A stretch of DNA of 64,000 bases from Acidobacteriota bacterium (GTDB taxonomy: Bacteria > Acidobacteriota > Blastocatellia > RBC074): assembly GCA_037439425.1 (NCBI GenBank), contig JBBIWA010000022.1, positions 1 through 64,000 of the forward strand, read 5' to 3'. Positions 47,628-59,469 of this stretch are shown here, one piece after another. The notes under the pieces were generated by a model. The model worked only from the letters and a program-made list of their open reading frames with translations, had not been told where the DNA came from and made no database searches. The position numbers and the translations under genes are program-made. How positions within the stretch are numbered: the stretch's first letter is position 1; each line of letters opens with the position of its first letter.

Positions 47628-48992
47628 TCAAACTCCAGGCATCGCTTTCTTGAGCGGCTTCAACAAGAGGAACAACACCAGGGCTGTGGCAAGCGCCATC
47701 AAGCCGAGGACGGCAAAGAAAGTCGAGTGGAGCCAGCGCTCCCAGTAAATGCCGATCGCAGTGAGTTTGTTACCAATGGCCGTGGCTACGAACCAGCCGC
47801 CCATCATCAGGCCGCGCATTCGTATCGGAGCCACCTTCGACACCAGGGACAGGCCCATCGGCGAAAGCATCAACTCTCCTAACGTCACCACTGCATAAGA
47901 AGCGATCAGCCAGAAAGGCGAGACTTTGAAGTCATAAGGGTTACTCCCGGTCACACTGGCCTCGCCAATCCTGGCTGCGAGGTAGAGGATAAAGAATGAC
48001 AGCCCGGTCAGCGTCATCCCCATGGCCATCTTAGTGGGTGTGGAAGGCTCCAGTCCGCGCCGGTCAAGCCACTTCCAGAACCAGACCAGCGGGAAGGTCA
48101 GCGTCACCACCCAGAAGGGATTGATCGCATTCGAAATGGTGCCAGAGACGTTCCAATCTGTGTTCTTATCCGCCCAGTAAGTGAGCGTCGAGCCGTTCTG
48201 GTGAAACACCATCCAGAAGACGATGACGATCAAGAAGATCACCAACAAGGCGGTGATGCGCTTCCACTCGGGCACCTCATCCATCGCATTACTGCGCAGC
48301 ATCTGGGCTGCTGTTTGCGAGGAAGCTTGAGCTTGCCGATTCTCTCTCGGCGGGTCTTCAACGTAGCGCTTGAAGTACCAGAGAATGCTTACGGAAATCA
48401 CCATTCCAAAAGCGGCGACCGCGAAAGCAGGATGATTGCCAAACCTCTGTTTGACGATCTCCATCACGATGGGAGCAGTGAAAGCGCCGATGTTGATGCC
48501 CATATAAAAGATGTTATAGGCGCGGTCTTTCAGATGACTGCCTTCGGGATAGAGGTTCCCAACCATCGTGGAGACGTTTGGTTTGAAGAGACCATTACCG
48601 ATCACCAAACAGGTCAGCGCAGTATAGACAGCCGTGAGCGAGCGGAAAGAAAGCAACAGATGGCCAGCCATGAAGAAGAAGCCGCCAATCATGACAGCCC
48701 GGCGATAGCCCAGCTTCTTGTCAGCCAGCCAACCGCCAATCAGCGGGCTGGCGTAGACGAACATCAGGTAGTTGGCATACAGGCTAGTGGCCTGTGCCGC
48801 TGACCAGCCGAAACCTTCCTCTGGATTTTGCAAATACAGCGTAAAGAGCGCCAGCATCGAATAGAAGCTGAAGCGCTCCCACATCTCTGTGGCAAACAGA
48901 ACATACAGCCCCTTCGGATGCTTCTCTTCAGCAGCCGCAAGCTGGGCCTGACTTTCCGCAGCGGCGATCTCTTTATCTAACGTTTTAGCTTC
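47628..48992 (-). CDS. POT/PTR2 family peptide:H+ symporter
   Basis: POT signature region (GGWLADKKLGYRRAVMIGGFFFMAGHLLL) and 12-14 TM segments. Confidence 0.85.
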   Translation of the reverse strand, partial: EAKTLDKEIAAAESQAQLAAAEEKHPKGLYVLFATEMWERFSFYSMLALFTLYLQNPEEGFGWSAAQATSLYANYLMFVYASPLIGGWLADKKLGYRRAVMIGGFFFMAGHLLLSFRSLTAVYTALTCLVIGNGLFKPNVSTMVGNLYPEGSHLKDRAYNIFYMGINIGAFTAPIVMEIVKQRFGNHPAFAVAAFGMVISVSILWYFKRYVEDPPRENRQAQASSQTAAQMLRSNAMDEVPEWKRITALLVIFLIVIVFWMVFHQNGSTLTYWADKNTDWNVSGTISNAINPFWVVTLTFPLVWFWKWLDRRGLEPSTPTKMAMGMTLTGLSFFILYLAARIGEASVTGSNPYDFKVSPFWLIASYAVVTLGELMLSPMGLSLVSKVAPIRMRGLMMGGWFVATAIGNKLTAIGIYWERWLHSTFFAVLGLMALATALVLFLLLKPLKKAMPGV

Positions 48993-49265
48993 CATAGCTT
49001 TTCTGATCCTCGTTTCTAAAAGTGGCCGCAAGGGGAGCCGCCGAATTGATCCGCTGACCGATCGCAGCAGATCGCTTCTCGGACTCTCTTCAAGAAGAGT
49101 TCCGCATGGGCAGCAAAGATAGGCGAATTGTATACGAGCGATAGGAAAAGCAGCAACCGCTTTGGTCTCTCACGGCGAGGATTTCTTGCGCTCCGCGCTC
49201 CGCCTTGCTTACTATGCATGGCCTGATCTTTGGTTAAGTGACCGATAACTTAGTGACCCAATCGT

Positions 49266-50033
49266 ATGCCCCTTTTAGAAGGAATCATCATCTTTGGCGC
49301 GGCGCTCTCAGGCGGGATGATCAATTCGGTGGCGGGCGGAGGAACGCTGGTGACTTTCCCTACCCTGGTCTGGTTAGGGATGACAGCGACCAATGCCAAT
49401 GCGACGAGCACGGTGGCGCTCTGGCCGGGCGCGCTCAGCAGCATGTGGGGCTACCGACAACAGATGCAGCAGAGCGAAGCGCGCTATTTTGTGCTCATCA
49501 TCCCAAGTTTGATAGGCGGGCTGATCGGAGCTGTCTTGCTCAAGCGCACACCGCCACCTACTTTCGCAGCCCTAGTTCCATTCCTGATTCTCTTCGCCAC
49601 CCTGCTGTTTATGGCGCAGGAGCCGATTCAGCGCTACTTCCGCAAAGAAGCGAGCCATCCAGCTTCAGCCTCGCTGCGCTGGATGATCAGCGCGGCGCTG
49701 TTTCAATTTCTGGTGGCTGTTTATGGCGGTTACTTCGGCGCAGGCATCGGGATCTTGATGCTGGCGGCGTTAGGGCTGCTAGGTCTAACTAATATTCATC
49801 AGATGAACGGCCTTAAGAATCTCTTCGGGATGACGATCAACGTGGTGGCTTCTGTCTATTTTGTGATTTCAGGGCTGGTACATTGGCCAGAGGCCATTGT
49901 TATGGCTGCTGGAGCAATTATTGGTGGATACGGGATGGCTGGCCTGGCTCAACGTTTGGGACAGCGCTTCGTGCGCCGCACGGTGATCGTGATTGGCTTT
50001 GCGATGACGATCTCGCTCTTGCTCAAAGAATAG
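49266..50033 (+). CDS. Sulfite exporter TauE/SafE family membrane protein
   Basis: Duplicated 4-TM halves with G-rich motifs ([17 protein letters not shown]). Confidence 0.85.
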   Translation: MPLLEGIIIFGAALSGGMINSVAGGGTLVTFPTLVWLGMTATNANATSTVALWPGALSSMWGYRQQMQQSEARYFVLIIPSLIGGLIGAVLLKRTPPPTFAALVPFLILFATLLFMAQEPIQRYFRKEASHPASASLRWMISAALFQFLVAVYGGYFGAGIGILMLAALGLLGLTNIHQMNGLKNLFGMTINVVASVYFVISGLVHWPEAIVMAAGAIIGGYGMAGLAQRLGQRFVRRTVIVIGFAMTISLLLKE

Positions 50034-50069
50034 TCTTGCGTCTGAGTCCTGATCATTCCGCATGCACTT

Positions 50070-51447
50070 TCAGCTCAATTCTTCTTCCGACTCACGGTAG
50101 AGTTTGAGTTTGTTGTGTAGTGTCTTGAGACTGATCTGAAGCAACTCAGCCGCGCGGGTCTTGTTGTTATTGGTTTTGATCAGCGTCTTGAGAATCAACT
50201 GGCGTTCGGCTTCCTCCAGCGAGATGCCGATGGGCAGGGTCAGAGTCTCTTCTCCTTTGAGTGAACGGCCATCGAAGAGCTGGGGCGGCAGGTGTTGTTT
50301 TTCGATCCGTTGGCCTTCGCAGACCACCACCGCGTGCTCGACCACATTGCGCAGTTCGCGCACGTTGCCAGGCCAGTGGTAGTTGGCAAAGATCTCCAGC
50401 ACCTCGGGCGCGATCAGGCGCGCTGATCGCTGGTGGCGCTCACGCAGCTCATCAATCATATACTGCACCAGCAGCGGAATATCTTCGCGCCGCTGGCGCA
50501 GCGGCGGTAGCTCGATTTGGATCACATTCAAGCGGTAAAGCAAGTCTTCGCGCAGCTCGCCCCGTTGGACCGCTTCGTGTGGATTTTTGTTGGTCGCGGC
50601 CAGCACGCGCACGTCCACCGAGACCTCTTTCGTGCTGCCGAGACGGCGCACGCGACGGTCTTCGAGCACGCGCAGCAGCTTGGCCTGCAACACGGCGGGC
50701 ATTTCGGCGATCTCATCCAGCAGAAGCGTCCCAGTATTGGCCAGCTCGAAACACCCTTCGCGCCGCGCAATCGCGCCTGTAAAAGCTCCTTTCTCGTGGC
50801 CGAACAACTCCGACTCCATCAGCGTTTCGGGAATCGCCGAGCAATTGATCGCGACGAAGGGCCGCGCTGCGCGCGGGCTGAGTTGATGAATCGTTTGCGC
50901 GACTACTTCTTTGCCCGTGCCGGATTCGCCGGTAATCAGAACCGAGACAGATGAACTGGCGACCTGCTCGATGATGGTGTAGATCTGGCGCATTGCGTGG
51001 GAGGTGCCGACCAGCTTGCCGAAGATGCCATACTCGCGCAGTTGCCGGCGCAGCCGCGCATTTTCACGCAAAACTGCCGACTGCTCGATAGCGCGTTGGA
51101 GCACGACGCTCAACTGGCGCGTGTTGATCGGCTTCTCGAAGTAGTAGAAGGCGCCTTCTTCTTTGACGGCGCGCACAGCGGCTTCGACGCTCCCCTGGCC
51201 TGTGAGCAGAATGACGGCGGCCTCCGGCAACTCTTCGCGTAAGCGGGCCAGCAGCCCGAATCCGTCAAGCCTGGGCATGACGACATCCGTGATGACCACT
51301 GCGGGAATGAACTCTCCGGCCATCTCAAAGGCTTCCAGCCCGTCTGAAGCCGTCTGCGTCTCATAGCCCCAGGCCGCGACAATCTCGCTCAGGCCTGCGC
51401 GCGCGGCTGGCTCATCGTCTACGATCAGGACCCTGGCTTTGCTCATA
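50070..51447 (-). CDS. Sigma-54-dependent response regulator (NtrC family: REC + AAA+ + Fis HTH)
   Basis: REC domain ([12 protein letters not shown]), AAA+ motifs ([14 protein letters not shown]), C-terminal HTH. Confidence 0.85.
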
Positions 51448-51564
51448 GGCAGAAAGTGTAGCAGGCCGGGCGTGAGTTGCCAACTTTCGCACTGCCAGGT
51501 TTGCAAACCGTGCAGTGACTCAGGCATATTAACCTCACTTTGAGTCTTATCCAGGAGGTGCGTT

Positions 51565-51912
51565 GTGCAAGCTACTACCAAGGATGAGCGGACGATGGCG
51601 ATGCTGTGCCATCTGTTAGCGCTTTCGGGTTACGTTATTCCATTTGGAAATATCATCGGCCCGCTCATCATCTGGCTGCTCAAGAAAGATCAATCGTGGT
51701 TCGTTGACGATCAAGGCAAAGAATCGCTCAACTTTCAAATCAGCCTGACCATCTACGGCATCATCGCCGGGCTTTCGATCCTGGTGCTGATTGGGATCGT
51801 GCTGCTGCCGCTCATCTTGCTGGCCGGTTTGATCCTGGTGATCGTGGCTGCTATCAAAGCCAATGAAGGTGTCGCCTATCGTTATCCGTTCACTATCCGG
51901 TTGCTCAGATAG
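51565..51912 (+). CDS. DUF4870-like small membrane protein
   Basis: Two long TM helices. Family assigned from memory. Confidence 0.55.
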   Translation: MQATTKDERTMAMLCHLLALSGYVIPFGNIIGPLIIWLLKKDQSWFVDDQGKESLNFQISLTIYGIIAGLSILVLIGIVLLPLILLAGLILVIVAAIKANEGVAYRYPFTIRLLR

Positions 51913-51943
51913 ACGAGCCACTGGCGTAAAAAAGGAGAAGAAG

Positions 51944-53185
51944 ATGACCAATCGCATTGCGCGCGCGGGCGTGACATTGCTGGCTTGCCTGACGCTAGCC
52001 TGCGCACAAACAACAGCTCCTTCAGGCACTGCTACACCTACCCCATCGAGTGGCGATCCGCTCTGGGAGCAGGCGATGAAGCTCCATCGCGAGGCCATCG
52101 TGGTAGATACTCATTCGGATACCACTTCGCTGATTCTCGACGAAGGCTTCGACATTGGCCAGCGCTCAACGCGCAGTCATATGGACCTGCCACGCATGAA
52201 AGAAGGCGGCCTGACGGCAGAGTTCTTCGCCGTTTTCGTTGACAAGGCCTTTGTCAAAGACAATCGCGCGGCCAATCGCGCACTGCAAATGATCGATGTG
52301 GTGCGCCACGACATCGTCGCCCGCTATCCGAACGATTTCATCCTCGCCACTTCGGTCGCTGACATTCGGCGCGCGAAGAAAGAAGGAAAGATTGCGGCGC
52401 TGATGGGTATCGAAGGTGGCCACGCCATTGAAGACAGCTTGCGCCTGCTACGCGCCTTTTATGATTTGGGCGTGCGCTACATGACGCTGACGCACTCGAA
52501 TACTAACAACTGGGCCGATTCCTCCGGCGATGCACCGCGCCACAACGGATTGACCGATTTCGGCAAGCAAGTTGTTCAGGAGATGAATCGTCTCGGGATG
52601 ATGGTAGACATCTCGCACGTTTCGGATAAAACTTTCTTCGATGTCATCGCTGTGACCAAAGCTCCGGTGATCGCTTCTCATTCTTCAGCGCGCGCGCTGG
52701 CCAATCATCCGCGTAATATGGGCGATGATATGTTGAAGGCCGTGGCGAAAAACGGTGGCGTGGTGATGGTCAATTTCTACCCAGTGTTTCTTGAGCAAGC
52801 GGTGCTTGACGCCGAGAAGAATCGTGACCCGAAAGTGAAGGCTCAGATTGAAGAGGCACAGAAAAAATACGCCGGAAACTGGGCCAAGCTTTCGGCTGAA
52901 TTGGCCAAGATAGATGCGTCTCATCCGCTCCCGCGAGCTACCTTGGCCACGCTCATCAAACACATCGATCACATCGCCAAGGTCGCGGGTGTTGATCACG
53001 TTGGCCTCGGCTCAGATTTCGATGGCATCCCCAGTGTGCCTGTCGGCATGGAGGACGTCTCCAAGCTGCCACACATCACCTATGAATTGCTCAAGCTCGG
53101 TTACAGCGAGCAGGAGATCAAGAAGATTTTGGGCGAGAATCTGCTGCGCGTGTTTGCTGAAGTCGAACGTATCAGCAAGCAGTAA
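51944..53185 (+). CDS. Membrane dipeptidase (peptidase M19), lipoprotein
   Basis: M19 pattern (VVDTHSDT, MGIEGGHA) and a lipobox. Confidence 0.85.
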   Translation: MTNRIARAGVTLLACLTLACAQTTAPSGTATPTPSSGDPLWEQAMKLHREAIVVDTHSDTTSLILDEGFDIGQRSTRSHMDLPRMKEGGLTAEFFAVFVDKAFVKDNRAANRALQMIDVVRHDIVARYPNDFILATSVADIRRAKKEGKIAALMGIEGGHAIEDSLRLLRAFYDLGVRYMTLTHSNTNNWADSSGDAPRHNGLTDFGKQVVQEMNRLGMMVDISHVSDKTFFDVIAVTKAPVIASHSSARALANHPRNMGDDMLKAVAKNGGVVMVNFYPVFLEQAVLDAEKNRDPKVKAQIEEAQKKYAGNWAKLSAELAKIDASHPLPRATLATLIKHIDHIAKVAGVDHVGLGSDFDGIPSVPVGMEDVSKLPHITYELLKLGYSEQEIKKILGENLLRVFAEVERISKQ

Positions 53186-53294
53186 GCAAGGAGGCTGACA
53201 ATCTCCTCATCTGGTGAATCTGAAGCTGCTGCTCACCACGAAGAGGGGCAGGCGCGAAGACGGTGCAAAGAAGTGTGCAGCAATCAAGCGCTGG

Positions 53295-55157
53295 CTACAG
53301 GGCACTATCTTTGATTAGCAGCTTGACGATGGCTTGCGCTGTGTGCTCTTCAGGCAGGAGGTGCACCTTCAGACCCTGAAGTCGCGCAGCTTCAGCCGTC
53401 ACCGGCCCGATGCAAGCGACGCGCGTCCCGGCCAGATAGGATTCGAGACTGTCGGTTTCAAGTAACGTCGCCAGATTGGTCACCGTCGAGGGGCTGGTGA
53501 AGATGATGTAATCGGCTCTGGCCTGACTTATCAGCTTGATGAGCTCTTCACTGCTGGTTGCCGGGATGACGGTCTGGTAGGCGGTCACCACATCTACCTG
53601 GACGCCGAATTTGTCGAGGGCGGGACGAATCACATTACGCGTCATGCTTGAGGCGGGCAGCAGCATGCGTGTGCCACGCAAACGCTGCCCCACCCCGTAA
53701 CGTTTGATAAATGCCTCGACCAGACTCTCAGCCGTGAAGCGAGCCGGAGTCAAATCCACGTGAATCCCCTCGCGGCTGAGCCGTTCGGCTGTCTTTCGTC
53801 CGACAGCGCAGACCCGGTAAGGAATCAATTCCGCGCGGCCCCGGCCCAGCTCGTCCATCCGGCGCAAGAAGAAATCCACTCCATTGGAGCTGGTGAAGAC
53901 AATCCAGTCGTAGCGCTTCAAGTTGGCGATGGCATCATCGAGCGCCGCCCAGCTCTCCGGTTCGCGAATCTCGATAGTCGGGCAAGCAATCACCTCAGCC
54001 CCGCTGATCTCCAGCAGACGGATTAACTCACCTGCCTGTTTGCTCGCCCGAGTGACGATCACCCGGCGCCCCGAGAGGGGGAGGGGGGGCGCGGTTGATA
54101 GGGGGGCGGCGTTTTCTTCCTCCTCCAAAGTAAATTTCTGGACGGAAGCAACGGCGCGCTCGCGCTCAAGCTCCGCTGGAGTGAGTGGAGCCGGGCTGGC
54201 TGATGATTGAGGCGCTCTGGTCTTCGCAAGCAGTTGGTGTGCGCCAGCAGCTAATAAACGGCGCGCTAGTAGCCAGCCCAGTTCATCACCTCTGTACTGA
54301 GGGCCTGTGACCTGATCGCGAACGATTTGATTGCCGGCCGCATCTGCGACCAGCGCCTTCAAGACAAGCTGACCATTTTGCCCCTCTCCTTCGATGTAAC
54401 CGTAAGCTGCCAATGGCACGGCGCAGCCGCCGCCGAGGCCGCGCAACACTGCTCGCTCGGCTTCAGTAGCATTGCGGGTGGGCCAATGATTGAGCGCTTC
54501 CAGAAGGAAGTTGGTCCGTTCATCCTCAATCCGCGTTTCGAGTCCGAGCGCGCCCTGACCGGCGGCTGGCAGCAGCAGCTCGGGATCAATTCGTTCAGTG
54601 ATCCGCTCGCCAAAGCCGAGGCGCAGGAGACCGGCTGAGGCCAGGATGATGGCATCGCAAGCCCCTTGGTCAAGTTTGCGCAGCCGGGTCTCGACGTTGC
54701 CTCGCAATTCAAGCAACTGCAAGTCCGGCCGAAGATGGCGCAACTGCGCGGCCCGACGCACACTGCTTGTGCCGACACGCGCGCCAGCAGGGAGCTGGCC
54801 GATTGAGTTGACGCGCCCTTGCAGATGAGGGCCGACCACCAGCGCATCGCGCGCATCTTCGCGTTCAGTGATCGCACACAGGTGTAGCCCTTCAGGCAGC
54901 GTCGTGGGCAGGTCTTTGAGACTGTGCACGGCCACGTCTATGCGGTGGTCAAGCAAGGCTTCTTCAATCTCTTTGGTGAAGACGCCTTTGCCGCTGATCT
55001 GGACAAGCGACGCTTCCGCCAGTTTATCGCCTGTGGTCTTGATGATTTCGATCGCGACCGTGATGGCCGGATGCAGACGTTCTAGCTCGGCCTTGATCCA
55101 GTTAGCCTGCCAGAGCGCGAGTCTGCTTCCACGTGAGCCGATGATGAGGGTTGGCAT
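53295..55157 (-). CDS. hemCD: Fused hydroxymethylbilane synthase (HemC) / uroporphyrinogen-III synthase (HemD)
   Basis: N-terminal HemC motifs ([21 protein letters not shown]). The C-terminal half is HemD-like. Confidence 0.85.
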   Translation of the reverse strand: MPTLIIGSRGSRLALWQANWIKAELERLHPAITVAIEIIKTTGDKLAEASLVQISGKGVFTKEIEEALLDHRIDVAVHSLKDLPTTLPEGLHLCAITEREDARDALVVGPHLQGRVNSIGQLPAGARVGTSSVRRAAQLRHLRPDLQLLELRGNVETRLRKLDQGACDAIILASAGLLRLGFGERITERIDPELLLPAAGQGALGLETRIEDERTNFLLEALNHWPTRNATEAERAVLRGLGGGCAVPLAAYGYIEGEGQNGQLVLKALVADAAGNQIVRDQVTGPQYRGDELGWLLARRLLAAGAHQLLAKTRAPQSSASPAPLTPAELERERAVASVQKFTLEEEENAAPLSTAPPLPLSGRRVIVTRASKQAGELIRLLEISGAEVIACPTIEIREPESWAALDDAIANLKRYDWIVFTSSNGVDFFLRRMDELGRGRAELIPYRVCAVGRKTAERLSREGIHVDLTPARFTAESLVEAFIKRYGVGQRLRGTRMLLPASSMTRNVIRPALDKFGVQVDVVTAYQTVIPATSSEELIKLISQARADYIIFTSPSTVTNLATLLETDSLESYLAGTRVACIGPVTAEAARLQGLKVHLLPEEHTAQAIVKLLIKDSAL

Positions 55158-55368
55158 AAGTCTCTCACGTCCTGATTAACGTAGTCTCTGAGTGAGTCTG
55201 AGCTTACCGTTTCTCGCCATTGAGCGCAATAAAAATCATGCGCTCCCGGCCTGTTGGAGCGGCGCTATCTCCCCTGCCGCCATTGCCGAGTGGCGCCATC
55301 TTTAGTTATAGTGGGCAACTTGCCGGGTCAGTCAGTTTCCCGAATGGAGAATCACGCGCAGCCAGAAC

Positions 55369-56343
55369 ATGCTTACCAACCAGATCAGCGGGACAGATTA
55401 TGTCAAAGAGGTGGTCGCACACATCCGCCAGGAAGTCCATAAAGTCATCGTCGGTCAAGACGAGGTCATTGATCAAATCTTAATCTGCCTCTTTGCTGAA
55501 GGGCACGCGCTGATTGAAGGTGTCCCGGGCACGGCCAAGACATTGATGGTCAAGACGCTGGCGCGGATTATCGGGGCGGCTTTCAATCGGATCCAGTTTA
55601 CGCCTGACCTGATGCCTTCCGACATCACGGGCACCAATGTCTTCAACCTAAGCACTTCACAATTCACCTTGCGCCACGGTCCTGTGTTTACTGACATTCT
55701 GCTGGCCGACGAGATCAATCGCACGCCGCCCAAGACTCAGGCAGCGCTGCTCGAAGCGATGGAGGAGCGTCAGGTCACTATTGATGGCGAAAGCTATCCG
55801 CTCTCACCGCTTTTTCTGGTACTGGCGACCGAAAACCCGATCGAGTATGAAGGGACCTACCCGCTGCCCGAAGCGCAGCTTGACCGGTTCTTGCTCAAGA
55901 TTTTGCTCACTTATCCGAACCTCGAACAGGAGCGCCAGATCGTTGCTAACTGGCAGGCCGGCTTCAATTCGCGCAAGCTGGATGCAGCGGGCATTCAACC
56001 GCTCAACGATCCAGCGGCGATCCCTCAGTGCCGGGCTTTCGTCCGGCGTGTGGTGGTTGACGCCAGCATCCAGAACTACCTGGTCGAGATCGTCCGCCAC
56101 ACGCGCCAGCATCCAAGCTTGCTCTGGGGTGCCAGCCCGCGCGCTTCTGTCGCTCTGCTGCTGGCATCTAAATCTCTGGCAGCCATGCGCGGGCGCGACT
56201 TCGCCACCCCTGATGATGTTCGGGATGTCGTGCATCCTGCGCTGCGCCATCGCATTCTGCTGCGGTCGGAAGCTGAAATCGAGGGTATCACTCCGGACCT
56301 GATCCTGGATGAGATCTTAGCTTCGGTGGAAGTCCCAAGATAA
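55369..56343 (+). CDS. MoxR-family AAA+ ATPase
   Basis: Walker A GVPGTAKT, Walker B LLADEINR. Confidence 0.9.
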   Translation: MLTNQISGTDYVKEVVAHIRQEVHKVIVGQDEVIDQILICLFAEGHALIEGVPGTAKTLMVKTLARIIGAAFNRIQFTPDLMPSDITGTNVFNLSTSQFTLRHGPVFTDILLADEINRTPPKTQAALLEAMEERQVTIDGESYPLSPLFLVLATENPIEYEGTYPLPEAQLDRFLLKILLTYPNLEQERQIVANWQAGFNSRKLDAAGIQPLNDPAAIPQCRAFVRRVVVDASIQNYLVEIVRHTRQHPSLLWGASPRASVALLLASKSLAAMRGRDFATPDDVRDVVHPALRHRILLRSEAEIEGITPDLILDEILASVEVPR

Positions 56344-56351
56344 TCAAGATA

Positions 56352-57665
56352 GTGATGATCTTCACAGGCCGCTTCTTCATTCTTTTTGCTCTGGGCGCGT
56401 TGCCGCTATGGCTGGCTTGGTCGCGCTCTGGCGTCCTCTGGGCAGTGATGGCCTATGACGTCGCGCTGTTGGCAATCGCCTATTTGGATTATCGCCGGGC
56501 TGAAGACCTTGCGGGCGTGGAAGTCAGGCGCACACGGTCGCAGCGGTTTATGATCGGCGAGGAGAATGAGGTGCGCATTGTCATTGCCAATCGTGCGCCG
56601 CGCAAAGTTACCTTTACGATCAAAGACGAATATCCACCGGAATTGGAGTTGCGTGGAGAGCGTTTGCTGCGAGCCACTCCTGAACGGAACGAAGCTGAGG
56701 TCAGTTATCGTTTGTTGGCCACTGCGCGGGGAGATTATCAGTTCGGCGATGTGGTCTTACGCTGGCCTTCGCCGTGGGGATTGGCAATCAGGCAAGGGCG
56801 TGTCCCAGCGGCGGAAAGCGTCAAGGTCTATCCTAATCTGAACGAGGCCAAAAAGCACGAGCTTTTCGCCCTGCGCAATCGCCACCGGATGGCTGGAGCG
56901 CGCCGCACCAGAGTGCGCGGGCAGGGCCGGGAATTCGAGAGCCTGCGCGATTACGTGCGTGGCGATGAGATGCGCCACATCTCGTGGACGGCCACGGCGC
57001 GGCGCGGCCGGCTGATCACCAAACAGTATCAGGTCGAGCGCAATCAAAGCATCGTGGTGATGCTTGATGCTGGGCGATTGATGACTTCGCGCATTGATCA
57101 ACTATCGAAGCTCGATCACGCCATCAACGCTGCGCTTGCGGTCGGCTATGTCGCCACGCACGGCGGTGACAATATCGGGCTGCTGGTCTTTACGCGGCAG
57201 GTGAATATTTACCTGCCGCCGCATCGCGGCCACGCGCAGATGCGAGCGATCATCGAGGCACTCTACAACATCAAGCCGCAGATGATCGAGCCGTCTTATG
57301 CGCGCGCCTTTCAATACTTCGCGCAGAATTGCAAACGCCGCTGCCTCGCCATCATTCTCACCGATCTGGTTGATCGTGAGGCTTCGGCCGAGCTGCTAGC
57401 TCACACGGCTACTTTGCTGCCCCGGCATCTACCCTTGGTCGTCACGATCGGTGATAAAGACTTGCGCGCGATTGCTTCGCAGGTGCCGCACGATGTTTCA
57501 GATGTCTACCGCCAAAGTGTGGCTGAAGAGCTGCTCCAACAGCGCGAAGAGGCATTGGCTCGCATTGCTGAACTGGGCGGTTTGGTGCTGGATGTGCCCG
57601 CCGGGCAATTGTCTTTTCAGCTGGTCAATCGGTATCTGGAGGTGAAGGAGCGTGGATTGTTATAG
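56352..57665 (+). CDS. DUF58 (vWA-like) protein, MoxR partner
   Basis: N-terminal TM segments and a DUF58/vWA region. Lies immediately downstream of moxR. Confidence 0.8.
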   Translation: MMIFTGRFFILFALGALPLWLAWSRSGVLWAVMAYDVALLAIAYLDYRRAEDLAGVEVRRTRSQRFMIGEENEVRIVIANRAPRKVTFTIKDEYPPELELRGERLLRATPERNEAEVSYRLLATARGDYQFGDVVLRWPSPWGLAIRQGRVPAAESVKVYPNLNEAKKHELFALRNRHRMAGARRTRVRGQGREFESLRDYVRGDEMRHISWTATARRGRLITKQYQVERNQSIVVMLDAGRLMTSRIDQLSKLDHAINAALAVGYVATHGGDNIGLLVFTRQVNIYLPPHRGHAQMRAIIEALYNIKPQMIEPSYARAFQYFAQNCKRRCLAIILTDLVDREASAELLAHTATLLPRHLPLVVTIGDKDLRAIASQVPHDVSDVYRQSVAEELLQQREEALARIAELGGLVLDVPAGQLSFQLVNRYLEVKERGLL

Positions 57666-57761
57666 CCATTGTGGCGAACCCAAAACTTGTGGAGAATGAG
57701 TCTCCCCAGAGGAAGTGCCGAAATTCCTCTATCGTCACCAGAGTAGTGTTGAGCCCCTGCC

Positions 57762-59360
57762 TTATAACTCTCCCTCATACTCGGCTAATAGCACGCAGAT
57801 CTGATCGAAGATGCCACTCATCTCCGCGCCTGCGCCCGTGTAATTGTTCCCCATCAGACTAAAGATCAAAGTCTGGCCTCCTTTAGTTGTGAGGTAACCA
57901 GAGAGGGCGCGGACGTAGGTGAGGCTGCCGGTCTTGGCGCGCACATTGCCCGCCGCTGCCGTGTCGCGCATGCGAGTGCGGAGCGTGCCGTCTATGCCGG
58001 CTACAGGCAGCGAATTGCGGAAGACAGAAGCGTGCTCGTGCGCAGCCATAAACTCTAGCAAGCGTGAAGTCGCAAGCGGTGAGATGAGATTCTGGCGCGA
58101 CAGGCCCGATCCATCGCGAAGGCTGAGCGGTTGCGTGTCTATACCGGCCTTCTGGAGAAATTGCTTGAGTACCGCGATGCCGCGCGCTTCGGCCGATTGG
58201 GGGCGGCCATAATCATCCAGTTCGGCCGGTCCGCCGCACAACACGCCCAGCTGGCGCAGCAGGAGCTCCGTGTGCAAATTCTGGCTCGGTTTGTTAATGA
58301 CCTTAAGCAGTACCGCAAGAGGTTGAGACGAAAGGCTAGCAATCTCTTTCAGCCTGGTTTCATTCAGCGGCCGTTCGATGCGCGCGACTGCATCCACCCG
58401 ACGAATGCGGCCAGCGACGCGAATACCGCGCCGCGCGAGCGCTTCTTTGAGCAGTGTGGCAGCAAAGCTGGCCGGATCGTGAATGGCGATGTTGACCTGG
58501 AAAGGAGCGGCTCCGCGCGGGATCGTGCCGAAGAACTCTACTGTGTTGCTGCCCAAAGGGCGGTGAACGCCGATGCGCGTTTGTTCGCCAAGCGTCTTCG
58601 CGCGATTGATGATCCTGACGTAAGCTGTGCGGGGCCGCACCGTGATGGCGGGCGCTTGTCCTGCGTGGCGTGAAGGTGTGATCGTAAAGGTCACGGCATT
58701 GTCGTTGACTGTGAGCGCGCTCACTTCCGCGCCGTAATAAAATTGCGCATCATCCCACTCCCAGCCGCTACCCAGCCAGCCGGTGGCGAAGTAACTATCG
58801 TCGCCAATCAGGTCCCCAGTTACAAGCCTGATCCCACTCGCCTTGATTTGATCAGCAAGCGACTCGATGGCTGCTATCTTTTCCGCTGGTTTGAATTCTT
58901 CAAGCTGGTCTAAGCCTTGCTCGAAGCGCGCTGAGAGATTTGGATCGCCACGCCCGTAGAGGATCAAATTACCGTGCAGCACACCATTTCTGATGCGGCC
59001 ATCGGCATAAACCGACGTCCTGAATCTGAAATCGGGGCCGAAAGCATCGAGCGCTGCCGCCGTGGTGTAGAGCTTCATATTCGAGGCAGGCATAAAGAGC
59101 TTATCAGCATCGCGCTCGAAGATGATCTTCCCTTGCTCAGTCAGGATCCGCACACCCCAGCGCGCCGGAGCAAACTGCGGCTGGTCGAGCAGCGCCGCGA
59201 TGCGCGTTTGCAATTCGGCCAGCGTCTGTGGCTTGGGAGCAGGAGCTACTGCCTGCTGCGCCATGGTCGGCGCCAAAGCGAGTGAGACGAGCAGGACTGT
59301 GATGATGATTGGGGTGGCGAGGAAAGGGAGTTTATTGGGATATTTCATGCGTGATGACAA
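57762..59360 (-). CDS. dacB: D-alanyl-D-alanine carboxypeptidase/endopeptidase (PBP4, peptidase S13)
   Basis: SxxK motif (ASNMK) and a signal peptide. Confidence 0.85.
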   Translation of the reverse strand: MSSRMKYPNKLPFLATPIIITVLLVSLALAPTMAQQAVAPAPKPQTLAELQTRIAALLDQPQFAPARWGVRILTEQGKIIFERDADKLFMPASNMKLYTTAAALDAFGPDFRFRTSVYADGRIRNGVLHGNLILYGRGDPNLSARFEQGLDQLEEFKPAEKIAAIESLADQIKASGIRLVTGDLIGDDSYFATGWLGSGWEWDDAQFYYGAEVSALTVNDNAVTFTITPSRHAGQAPAITVRPRTAYVRIINRAKTLGEQTRIGVHRPLGSNTVEFFGTIPRGAAPFQVNIAIHDPASFAATLLKEALARRGIRVAGRIRRVDAVARIERPLNETRLKEIASLSSQPLAVLLKVINKPSQNLHTELLLRQLGVLCGGPAELDDYGRPQSAEARGIAVLKQFLQKAGIDTQPLSLRDGSGLSRQNLISPLATSRLLEFMAAHEHASVFRNSLPVAGIDGTLRTRMRDTAAAGNVRAKTGSLTYVRALSGYLTTKGGQTLIFSLMGNNYTGAGAEMSGIFDQICVLLAEYEGEL

Positions 59361-59469
59361 ATTAACCAGAGTCTTTTTCTCGATCTGACCAGCCTGCCTG
59401 CGCGCTCACTGGCAGTAACATGCGCTCGGCCTTAGCAATCTCGCTATCGCCACGCAGATTGTAATTTTG

